Made by a program: the position numbers and the translations under genes. Below are positions 37,500 through 47,961 of a stretch of DNA of 64,000 nt, one piece after another; position 1 is the stretch's first letter; each line of letters starts with the position of its first letter. Below the pieces are notes generated by a model. That model was not told the DNA's origin. It ran no database searches and was given only the letters and a program-made list of their open reading frames with translations. The stretch is from Bilabrum cf. latius. Lineage: Eukaryota. The stretch is taken from NCBI GenBank assembly GCA_965178125.1, contig OZ237739.1:868001-932000 (forward strand). Reading direction: 5' to 3'.

Positions 37500-37778
37500 G
37501 TGCTCCGATCGACGCGTCGGGGTATCCGGCAGCTGGAGGAGGACACGGGGGCCACGATCCGGATGGACAGAGAGGGCAACGTGTGTAAGCTGGATGCGGC
37601 CGTGGAGGCCATCCGGGAGGCGATGGGTCTGGACCTGTCCGTCGCGGAGGAGCCGCTGCGGCGTTCGCCAGCGGCAGGGGGCAGGGGGCGCGAGAGGCGG
37701 CCCGCAGCAGCCGGGGAAGGCTCTGGGGGCGCTCCCTCGGGCGCTGATGCCATGGCTCTCCGTGGAGTATTGTAGTGA
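37500..37778 (+). pseudogene. Possible orphan KH-domain fragment
   Basis: IRQLEEDTGATIRMDREG...AVEAIRE resembles the C-terminal half of a KH domain. No GxxG loop and no clear ATG. Confidence 0.3.
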
Positions 37779-37955
37779 GTGAGTGGTATTCGGCGCGCAT
37801 ACAGATTGCGACACGGAGCGCCTAAAACGTGCATAAAGACCCAATCTCTCTGTGTTCACAGGCCAATCATTGCAAAAAAGTGTGTCCGCCGCCGCATCTC
37901 AACGACGAACGGGCCGGACAGTGGAACACTGGACAGATAAAGCGGTGCCAACTCA

Positions 37956-39173
37956 TCAAACGAGGACGGTCTGCATCTGGCAGGCCAGCCCAGTGTACCC
38001 GCTGAAGCAGGAGCACAGCCCTGTGGAGGAGTCGCACACGCCTCGGTTGGCGCACTCGGCGCTCTCCGCCAGGGCATCGGGCATGGTCGGGGTCACGGTG
38101 GCGGACAGGATGATGTCGGCGGGGTTCTGGGCGCGGTGCTTGGGCTGGCAGCCGGCGTCCGTGCATGTGCCGGGCACGACGGTGACGCTCGCGAGGCGCA
38201 GGGGGCTCTCGAGGGTGAAGGAGAAACTGTCTGCGTCGTGGATGGTCACGGCTCCGTCCAGCGACTTGATGGCGGGGATGTCCAGCAGGGCGCTCTGCAC
38301 GGTGTCAGCGGTGAGAGCCTCCACGGGCAGCGGCCGAGAGGTGTGCTCGATGCCGGCCAGGTCGGTCACCACCAGGTGCACGTCGGCGGCGGTCAGGGTC
38401 AGCGAGGCATCCAGGTTCACGTCCACGCGGTAGGTGGCGCCCGTGCTGGAGGTGGGCACCGTGAGCGGGTCATCTCCCACGGGGCAGATGCGCTTGGAGC
38501 AGTCGTCACCGGTCCACCCGCCGTCGCAGGAGCATCCCTGGATCTTTCCGGCATCCCAGTTGCGGCTGTCGTACGTGCCCAGCTCCTCGATGAAGCGGCA
38601 CACGCCGTGTCCCGAGCACTGGTTAGGGCAGGACGAGCGGTCGCAAGCGTACCCCTCGAAGCCGCTGAAGCACTGGCACTCGCCGGTGGCGTGGTCGCAG
38701 TATCCCTGCGAAGATGAGGCGATGAGGCAGACTTGGATTGTATACACATCCACCGGTACTATTTCTATCAGATGGGATGCATTGGCTGACAGAGGTCTGA
38801 CCTTGTTGGAGCACTCAGCGTACTCGTGCGTGTCCACGCCGGATCCGCCCACCCAGGCAACCCCCTCGGGGCAGGTGCCTGCGAATGGATAGGAACATAC
38901 ACTAAGATCGAGCTAGGACGTGAGACCACCTCGGACTAGATGCGCTTTACGCTGTCTGAATCGTATCCAAACGGATCGGGGTTCAGCAGGAGCGTTGGCA
39001 GAACATCAAAACAGTGACTCACGCTGTGCGCAGTCTGGGCCGCTGAATCCAGTGAAGCAGCTGCATTTATCATTCTGGCCGCACTTTCCGTTGCCGGAGC
39101 AAAGGTTTGGGCAGCTAGCTGAAGCTTGCAAGGCACCAACGGTGAATGCAATGGCAATGGTTGCTGTCCTCAT
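37956..39173 (-). CDS. Tubular mastigoneme EGF-like protein (Sig1/Ocm1/Mas family), ~325 aa
   Basis: Signal peptide, CPNLCSGNGKC, AW..HEYAECSNKG.CD, WDAGKIQGC.CD, CSKRICPVGDDPLT and ECANRG.CDSSTGLC.CFSGYTG. Introns at 38879-39022 and 38706-38801. No in-frame TAG. Ends TGA TGA. Confidence 0.9.
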
Positions 39174-40792
39174 GATCGGCCTGCTTCGGAATGCTAGCGA
39201 GCAAGGTAGAGTGACTAAAATTAGCATATTTATCACGAGAACTCGCATGCACTCAATTTCTGGAGATCTCGCGAGGCGGAGCTGATGCAAAGTCCAATCT
39301 CAGCCGAGATCCGTTCGATTCGGTCTGGGCCTTCGGCACAGTCCAATCCATCAAACCGTACACAGCATAATGATCCAACTACTCAATGAAAAACAAATAG
39401 CGTGGCAAGCAACAGGAAAAGAAACAGAATCACCCACTTTCTCGGCTTCGGTTTGGGCGTGCGTTGGGCCAGGTCGCTCCGATTGGTCGCACTCGGTCGC
39501 AACCAATTGAGTTGGTTGCAACCGCCGAAGACCACGAAGAGGATTCAAAGAGGATCCATGGGGCCATGGGCCGTGGGGCAAAGCGAATTTACTCGCAAAC
39601 AACTGGCAACAAGGCCAATGCACTGATTCAGTGTATGAATTGTCGGCCACCGACGCTTTGAGGCAGCCGCGGGGGCTATTCTGCCGGTGGACCTCATCGC
39701 AACATGGCCCGCACGCAAGTCACCCTGCCCGCACTACCAGATCCGTGCTGACCCCCCCGTTCCAACCGCCAGCTCGGTGCTGACTCCCTCATGCACGCAG
39801 CTGAAGGCCAGCACCAAGAGTCCCAGGGCCTGCAGGGCACCCTGCGCGATCCAGCGGCCGGGCCCGCAAGTGCGGCTGGGTGCACTGCACGACAGGTTCC
39901 ATTGTTCCCTCAGTGCGCCGAGATCTGGCCTCGAGCCCCCCTGGACCCCAACGGTTTGCTTTCCACTGCCCAAACCCCTACCGTGAGCCCGGGCCCGTCC
40001 CACTCCCATCCCACCTGGCATCGCCCCTTGCTGCACCCTGGTCCTGATCCTGATCCTGGTCCTGGTGCTATCCTAGACACGCTACTGCCACCCCAGCCAA
40101 CAGCACCCCGCAATCCGCAATGTACGCCCACAGCGCCACAGCTGCCCAGATCACTCGCTGCAGCACCCGCCCCCCACACCCGCCAGTTCCCCTCTCACCC
40201 TCCCTCTCACCCGCCATATCCCCTCTCACCTAACTACTCCCCCCCGAGCATGCACCCGAGTCTTCAGTGGCCACAGGCAGCATGGACTGCACAGAGAGAG
40301 ACAGGTCGACTCGAGCTTTAAGCAGGTGCTCAAGCGGCACACTTTGCTGGCAGGAGAGCGCGTGGATGTCGATAAGCACATGTCGATCGCGACGAAACGA
40401 ATAGTAGAATACTCGGATAGCCTTCACGGCGATTCTTGTCGCGTGCAGACCTCCCGAGATCTCATGGGCGCGCCCATTGGCAGCGCAGTGCCGGTGCCTC
40501 CCATTGCCGATGCGAAAGGCCGGTCGAGAGCCGGGCAGGAGTCATGGGTGCCCGGTCCGTGGGCGGGGCGGGGGCGAGGACGGGGGGTGGAGCTCCTCTT
40601 CCTCCACGACCGCCACCACCACTGGTCAATCGTCATCATTGCCTAGTAGGGCGTGACTTCGAATCGGTGCGAAGAGATGAATTCCACACCGTGCTGGATT
40701 CATCATTTGCCAAATCTGGTTAATACAAAGGTTTACAGCGGACATTTGGCAGTTTAGCCGGACGCAACGGATCAACATCCCCTTCGGACATC

Positions 40793-43000
40793 ATGGAGTA
40801 GACTTCGTAGCCAACATCAGCATCTGAGTTTCCACTGAGAAAAACTGTGATTATCGCAGCTGTAGTGTGGATAAACTCGTTTTCCACCCTTGTTACGGCT
40901 CCATTCTTGCCATTTATGGTCCAGGACATGTTCGGTGGCAGTTTGAAAGACGAAGAAATAGGGTTCCGATCTGGCTTTGTTGAGGCTTGCTACCAGGTGG
41001 GGCAGGCTATTGCCTCATACTTATGGGGTAGTTTCTCAGATGTGCACGGAAGGCGCCCTGCACTGCTGATGGGGTTGCTCGGGACTGCGGTATCCACTGT
41101 TGCGTTCGGAATGAGCAAGTCCTTCGGTGCCTTATGCTTCATCCGCTTCGTATGGGGTGCACTGAACGGGAATATTGGCGTTTCGAAGAGTGCACTTAGT
41201 GAAATTCTGCCTCAGGAGCATCAGGCCCGGGGTTTTGGCTTTATTGGCATGGCTGCCGGTTTCGGCCGCCTCCTCGGTCCAGCGTTAGGTGGGATACTCG
41301 CCCATCCTGCAGAGAGTGGCGTAGCTGCCTTCGATACCGCATTCTTGCGGGAATATCCATACGTACTGCCATGCATAATCAGCAGCTGCGTGACGTGCGT
41401 AACCTTGATTTGCTGCTACTTTGCGATCGAGGAGACGCTCGTCTCAGCACACTCAGGGTGGTGGAACAATTGGATGAGGGCACCCGGTTGGGGGTGCGGG
41501 GCCGGTGCCGGTCAGGCCCCGCAGGAATCTGCATCTATGCCAGGTAAAGGGGACTATAGCAGGGTACATGGCGGATCAGTGGGCGCATCTGGGCATGGGC
41601 GACGCATGGGCACCGGACTGGAACTGGTGAACGGGTCCAGTAGTGAGGAGGAGGACGATGGATCCGTGGTCGATGAGGGTAACGACTAGGAAGGCTTCCT
41701 AGTGCAGGGCAGGAGAACAATAGCCGCTTCAGCTGCACCGCGAACTTGGGCTCAGGGCCGTTAGGCCGGGTCCAAGAGTCGTGGTGGTGCCAGATACGCG
41801 CGCGCTGGGGAGGACAGCAGCGACGAGTCGATCGAGGGCGGTCTGGTGCTGCTTGACGACCACGATGGCGGACAAGGGCCCGAGGATGGTGCGATCCAAG
41901 GTGCCGCTGCAGGTTTGGAGGAACAAGGGGTCAGGGAACAAGGGGTCAGGGAACAAGGGATTAGGAGGGCCATCACCGCAACCTAGCTCGCTGCAGGGTC
42001 GGACAGGCGTTCGGCCGCCGCCCCCGCCCTTGCAAGAGGGCAGGGGCCTCGACTTGCCGGCCCTACACGAGAGAACCGGGGTCAGGACGAGGGCGATGAG
42101 GACGAAGTAGAGGAAGGCCAAGGCAGCGCGGGCGCGTGCGAGCTGCTGAGTCGGCGGCGGGTATTCGCGCCCGCTGCCCTCTACGGGGGTCTTGCCTTCG
42201 TGGCTCTGGCTGGGAACGAGGCCCTGCCACTGCAGGCACTCAACGATGCACAGCACGGCGGATTCGGGTTCAGGGCGAGGGACATCGGGCTGTGCATCAC
42301 GCTGGTTGGTCCGGTGCTGCTCATCTATCAGATGCTCGTGTACCCCAAGGTAGTGGAGGCGATGGGACTGCTGGGGTCGACCAACGCCGCCCTCATCTGC
42401 TTCTCCCTCTCCCTCGCACTCACGCCTTGGCTGGGCTTGCTGGCGCCCTATTCGAGCTGGGTGCACTGGACCGGGCTCATGGCCGTAATCGTGCTGACAA
42501 CCGTGTGCAGGGTTACTGCCTTCATCAACACGTTCCAGCTAGTCGCCAATGCGACCTCATCGGCCAAGGAGAGGGGCAAGGTCAACGGCATTGCCCAGTC
42601 GTTTGCTGCTGCTGGGCGCGTGGTGGCACCGCCGTTCGGCACGATGGTATTTGCGTACTTTGCGGGCCTGAACAGGGGCTGGCCCTTGAACTGGCATGCC
42701 ATGTGGATCATGCTCTCCGTGGCTGCCCTCGGCGTGCTGGGCATCGCTCGCACGGTCCCAGAGGAGAACGAGAGAGCCTACCTTGAGGGCAAGAGCGGCA
42801 AGGGCAGGGGCGGTGCAGCTGGAGGGGGATCCACCAAGACGGCGGACGGCGGGGCCCCGGAATCGTCCGGTTAGGAATCGGAGGACCTGAGCGCGAGAGT
42901 GGAAATGTCACGGGTGACAATCTCCGAGTCCAGGCGCAGCAACAGCAGCGATGAAGAGCAACCTAGGCTCGTCGAACGGTGTGATGTAGATAGCGACTGA
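40793..43000 (+). CDS. MFS transporter (DHA1/ZIFL-like) with a long central loop, ~735 aa
   Basis: WGSFSDVHGRRP motif A, GALNGNIGV, LLGPALGG and EYPYVLPC. A second 6-TM half lies in the same frame. TAGs occur only in the termini and the loop. Ends TGA. Confidence 0.92.
41921..41958 (+). repeat. 15-bp tandem repeat (GAACAAGGGGTCAGG x ~2.5; EQGVR)
   Basis: Seen directly in the MFS loop. Confidence 0.85.
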
Positions 43001-43654
43001 CGAATGAACTCATTGATATCTTCAGTACTGCTTGTATCTGCAACGAGTGCACACATAAATCAACCTAAGCCTATCATCTGACGGGTCTGGGGGTGCCTAG
43101 AAGAAGACTGCCTCGTTGTGCCCACACTCCTTGCATGTCGCATCTTTCGTTCTGCTCAATGTCGGATCCGTCACAACGTCAGTCTTTACCTTGTCCAACG
43201 CATCCCTGCGAAAACAATGCAAATATATAATGCAGACGAAAAGGCGTGGGTATCGACAAGATTGACTGGAACCAGACCGGGCCGTTCTATTTGCTTACGC
43301 AGCTGTTGTGATAATCTCGTGTTTGAAGACGCACAACCGATCCCCCGCGTATTCAGAATGTCCACAATTCTTGCAATTATACTTCAGTTTCATCTCTGAT
43401 CGTTTCTCTTTTGGGTACATGAGGGAATCACTGCGAAAAAAGTTGGAAGCACCGATGTCCTAAATGAAAGCAATAAGACAGACAATAACCGATTGCAGCG
43501 TAGCCGTATGCTTGATAACACTACTAAATACCTAACCACTCTGGGCAAAAGTACATGGTCGCCATCTTGGCGAACAAAGCCAGGATAGTGAAAAAGACAA
43601 TTATGGTATTTTCCCAAATCTGCTCACTACTTCAGGTCGCCACGCCAGTCGCAG

Positions 43655-45262
43655 TCAGTTGCGGCCTTTTCTGCGCCTGCGCAGCGACTCCCGCTCCTTG
43701 TTAATGTCCTACAAGCCCATTATCACGGTTTTGCTCCTGGTAGCCTTACCTTTGCTGTGGCTGCCACCGACAGCCGGCGAGAACAAGCTTCGTGCCCTCA
43801 TCACCCTGTCAGGTGAAGCAAGGGAATCCCCAAACACCGCCGCCGCCGCACTCGCGTGGCGGCCGCGTCTCGGCAAAGACGCACGCACCCGCGATTTCTG
43901 CTTGAGCACGCGACGCATGCGCCGCTCGAAGCCCCGGCGGCCTGTCCGGAGCCCCAGCTCGGCCTGCTTGATGCGACCCTCCCACTACCGGAGCACTTGC
44001 TCGGCTGCTCGCTCGCCGGCCAGCAGCAGCCCCTCTTTCCCGCCTGCATGCAGGCCCACCGTCTCATAATCGTCTTCGTCGAGAGATTCGCCTCCGGATC
44101 CGTCACCAGGCCGCCTGGACAGCAGTGCCTGCTGGCCTAGGGCAACCCGAACGGACCAAGCCGCCGCGGAAGCCGCGATGGAGCCGGCCGACGGCAGCGG
44201 CACCCACTCACCGGCATGTGCACCCATCTCAACGTCCTCGTCTTCATCATCATCCTCATTCTCGTCCTCGTCCTCGTCCGCATCGATGTCGTCGTCCATT
44301 GCGGCAACTGCATCGTCCGGCTCGTCTTGCTGGTCCGTCATATCCGCAGCATCAGCACCAGCACCACCATCACCATCACCGTCATCTTCTTGCATGGCTG
44401 CGGCGCCACCATTGTCACTGGTACCCTGCAGCTGCACCGTGAGGCCGCCGCCGCCGCGCCTTTTCTTCTTTGCGGGGGTCGCCTCGTTCCCGCTGCTGCC
44501 ATCTGCCGCCTTGCTGCCCACATCGGCAGAGATGCCACCGCGACTGTCAGCGGCATCTGGCTGGAGGCCCGACGGAGTGGCCTCGGTTTCTTCGGTAACG
44601 CTGCGATTCGTATCAGCCTCCAGCTCGTCACGGCCCCGCTTGCGACCTGCACGGACCTGCGACTGGCTCTTCGTGACACTTTCGCCCAGGGAGGCCGCTG
44701 CTTGAGTACCAGGCTCACCACCATCGTTGGCATCGTTTGCTTCGGCTGCGCGTCTCCCATCGACTTCTTTCTCCTCTTTCTCCTCTTCTTCCTCCTCCTC
44801 CTTCTCCTTCTCCTGGCCCATGCTGGGCTGCAGGGAACTGCCCGCAGGTGTATCGCCTGGAGGGCTCGCTTGCGTTGGTGACGCCCCACCCTCCTGATAG
44901 TCTTCCTTCGCGTCCTGCTCCTTGGCCGCCAAGACTGGCTTGCTGGCATCGTCATTGGTGTCACCGGAAGCAGCGGGAGCTCCCTCTGGGGATGCATCCG
45001 GCTCCCTCACTGCATCATTCCCAAGGTCCTTGCCCTCCTCTTCCTTCTCCTCATCCGGCGCACCGCCGATCCCGAGGCCCATCGCAAACGCGTCTTCCAC
45101 GGATAGGCGGAAGTTGCGCAGCAGGCGCTCGAAGTGCTGCCTGGCCACGGATTCGTCCCCATCCCCGCGATTCATCGCTGCCTCCCGCACTCGCTCCACT
45201 GTGGCGATCTGGCGGTCAGTGTAGGTCTTGCCAGAGGGCTACTTGCTCGAGGCAGCTGCTGT

Positions 45263-45309
<47 letters not shown>

Positions 45310-47488
45310 TCGAGGGCCTCGCAGGGGGAGCACCTGTTGTTGCCTGGTCCAATTGTGCAGGTGTACTTCTGGGCTGCTCAGCGTCTTGTGTTGCGGCACC
45401 CTCCGACTCTACCTTGCCTGCACCATCACCGGCGCCACCGCCAGCTGACGCGTCGCTCTAAGTTCTAGTTCGCTTGCGCCGAGCTCTGAGTGCCAGCGCA
45501 GCAGCACGCATCGCCGATAGCGAGTCGTCGCTGCCGTCGCTATCCTGCGAGCGTTCTTCCTCGCTCGCCTGTTTCTGCTCAGTTCCTTTCTTCGCCTCAT
45601 CCTCCTCCTCCTCCTCTTCTCCATCCTTCACCTTGTCCGCATCTGTTTGCTGGCTGCGTGCACCCCGTCGGCGCACCCCGAACCTGCCTGCCGGCATATG
45701 CATCACGTCATCCTCTTTGTTTTGGCCCTGGTCCTCATCCGCGTCGTCATTTTCATCTTCCATCGTGCTCATCATCGCAGCACTCCCCGCAGCTCCCTTG
45801 GAATCGCCCCCCTCCTCCTTGTCTCCCTGCTCTTGCGATCCAGCGCCTTGCCAGCCGTCATCGTCCGCCTCCTGGTCGTCTCCTCCCTGTGCTGCCCAAG
45901 CAGGCGAGCCATTAGGTGTCTCAGCATCACCGCCATCCTCACCATCCTCCTCATCTTCCCCATCGCCATCGCTGCCGCCGTCTTCCTCCTCGTCCTCGCC
46001 CTCCTCCTCATTTCTCCTGACTTTCTCGTCTTCATCGCTTTGCTCATCCCCACCTCCTGAGACTGCCCAGCTTGGACCAGCATCTTCCACCTCATCCGCA
46101 TCCTAGGCCTCGCCTCCGCCCTCGCCCATACCCTTACCGGTCGCACTGTCCTTCGCTGCCTCCTGTCCAGTTAGGCCCCAGGCAGCGCTCTCGTCGGCAG
46201 CGCCAGCATCCGCGCTGGGAATCCAGCCGTCATCCCCAGCGTCACCTTCATTCGCAGCATCATCACCCCAGGCATCTGCTGCGTCCACTCCATCGGCGAC
46301 CGTGACTCCAGTCCACGGGTCTGCTGCAGCGGGAGCCGATGCAGCATTGGAGCCCTCGGTCCCTGCACCCCACGCGCTTGCGCCTGCCCCATCCGCCGCT
46401 TCATCACCGTCCCCGTCAGTATTACGAGCCCCACCGCTGCCTTGGTTCCACCCATCATCTCCACCATGCCCATCCCCATCCCCATCTTCATCTTCATCTT
46501 CGCCGCCGTCGTCTTCATCCTCGGCAGCTTGACCAGACGCCCACGCAGGCTGCTGGTCCTCGTCACCGTCCCTCGCCCTCGCCTCCTCCTTTTCCTCTTC
46601 GTCCTCGTCCTCAGCATCATCACCAGGATCCTAGTCTCCTTCATCTTCTTCGTCGCCGTCATCCTCGTCCTTGCGTTCGCCGTTTTCGTCTCCATCGTTC
46701 TCCTGCTCTGCACCACCGCCAGGCTACTCGCCCTCCCCACGGTCAGGAGCCGATCCGATGGCATCGTCATCCCCCCCTGTCGCCGCAAGCGCCCAATCGG
46801 GCTGATCTCCGCCGGAATCGAGCTTCTTAGAAGGAGAATTGCTAGATCCGAACCAGCCGTCGGGATTCTCGTCTGATGTTGCTTGCTCATTGCCAGCGAC
46901 AGCAAGCGCAGGTGCAGGCGCAGCTACGACCGAGGATGGTTCAAATGCATCAACCTTGTCAGAAGAGTCAAACGAAAATCCACCCGAGTGCGGCTATTTA
47001 AAGTCCCAATCCTACCCTGAGCCTTGCTTGGTGTCTTCGGCTTGCGCAGCTAGTCCGGTGTTGCTGGCGTTGGCAGTGCCATCGCTCCAACCATTAAAGG
47101 CATCACTGCCGTCCTTCTACTCAACCGTGAGGTTTGTTGATCCAAGGTTCCAGTCTGTTTGTTGTCCGCTATCGCCTGCAAACATAGATGAAGGTCAGGA
47201 CACTACAGCATGATGCCGCAGCTCCGTAGTCAAGTAAGCTAGCGGTGGCACAATCTCACCAGTGTTTCCCCAGTCCAAATCAATGGGCGCGTCTGTAGTT
47301 CCATCTGCAGCACCCGTTTCGGCGTTGACATTCTCTGCACTTTCTGTTGTGTTTGGATCACCGGCAAACGATGCGAAACTCAAGCTCATTTCAGCTGTAT
47401 CATTCAGGACAGCACTAGGCTCAGAATCGTTACCGTCCGCTCCACTGCCACCAAAATTCCCCCAACCATCGGTTCCGTCATCAGCCAT
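43655..47488 (-). CDS. Highly acidic low-complexity protein with periodic Trp motifs, ~1249 aa
   Basis: ORFs 47195, 46103, 45458, 43985 and 43709 share one frame. The 84-nt intron 47176-47259 removes a TGA. Basic C-terminus; ends TGA. Confidence 0.75.
45263..45310. repeat. (GATGAC)n hexamer microsatellite encoding poly-Ser on the minus strand
   Basis: Seen directly. Confidence 0.92.
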
Positions 47489-47961
47489 CACACTGCAGAC
47501 AACAAAGGTAGCCAAAAAAACTAGTGTATCCAAGAGGACCGTAGGCCCGGCGGCACTGCGCAATTTTAGCGGAACATACAATCGATGAGGAGGGGCGGCA
47601 ACGCTTTAAGTGATCGTCTGGAATACTGATGCAACGCTTTTATTGGTATGTATTACTACCGGAAATGACCCAAGGGATGCTGGCCATGCCACGTGATAAG
47701 CACCAGGATCGTACTCTGCTGAGCAAGGGCAAGGGCTGGCTTCGCGTGCCGTGGTTGCGACCGTGCGTCGTGTGAAGATGAAGAAACTTACCGTTCATCC
47801 GATGCAACGAAACCTATTCTGGCTGCAAACACTCGGGCACTTGTCATTTGAGAAGTTCACATTGCTATCTGCACTTCACAATGATATAATTTTTGGATAG
47901 GCTTGCAACGAACTGCTTTTATAAGATAAGTAGGGAGCCTGATCAACATCAATATTTACTC

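Noticed and set aside
43000-43650. tRNA (e.g. a CUA suppressor) or ncRNA in the AT-richer intergenic gaps
   Set aside because: I recognised no cloverleaf or A/B-box pattern by eye. tRNAscan-SE would be needed to exclude one.
45228-45461. Plus-strand poly-Asp ORF
   Set aside because: It is the antisense reading of the poly-Ser microsatellite in the minus-strand gene.
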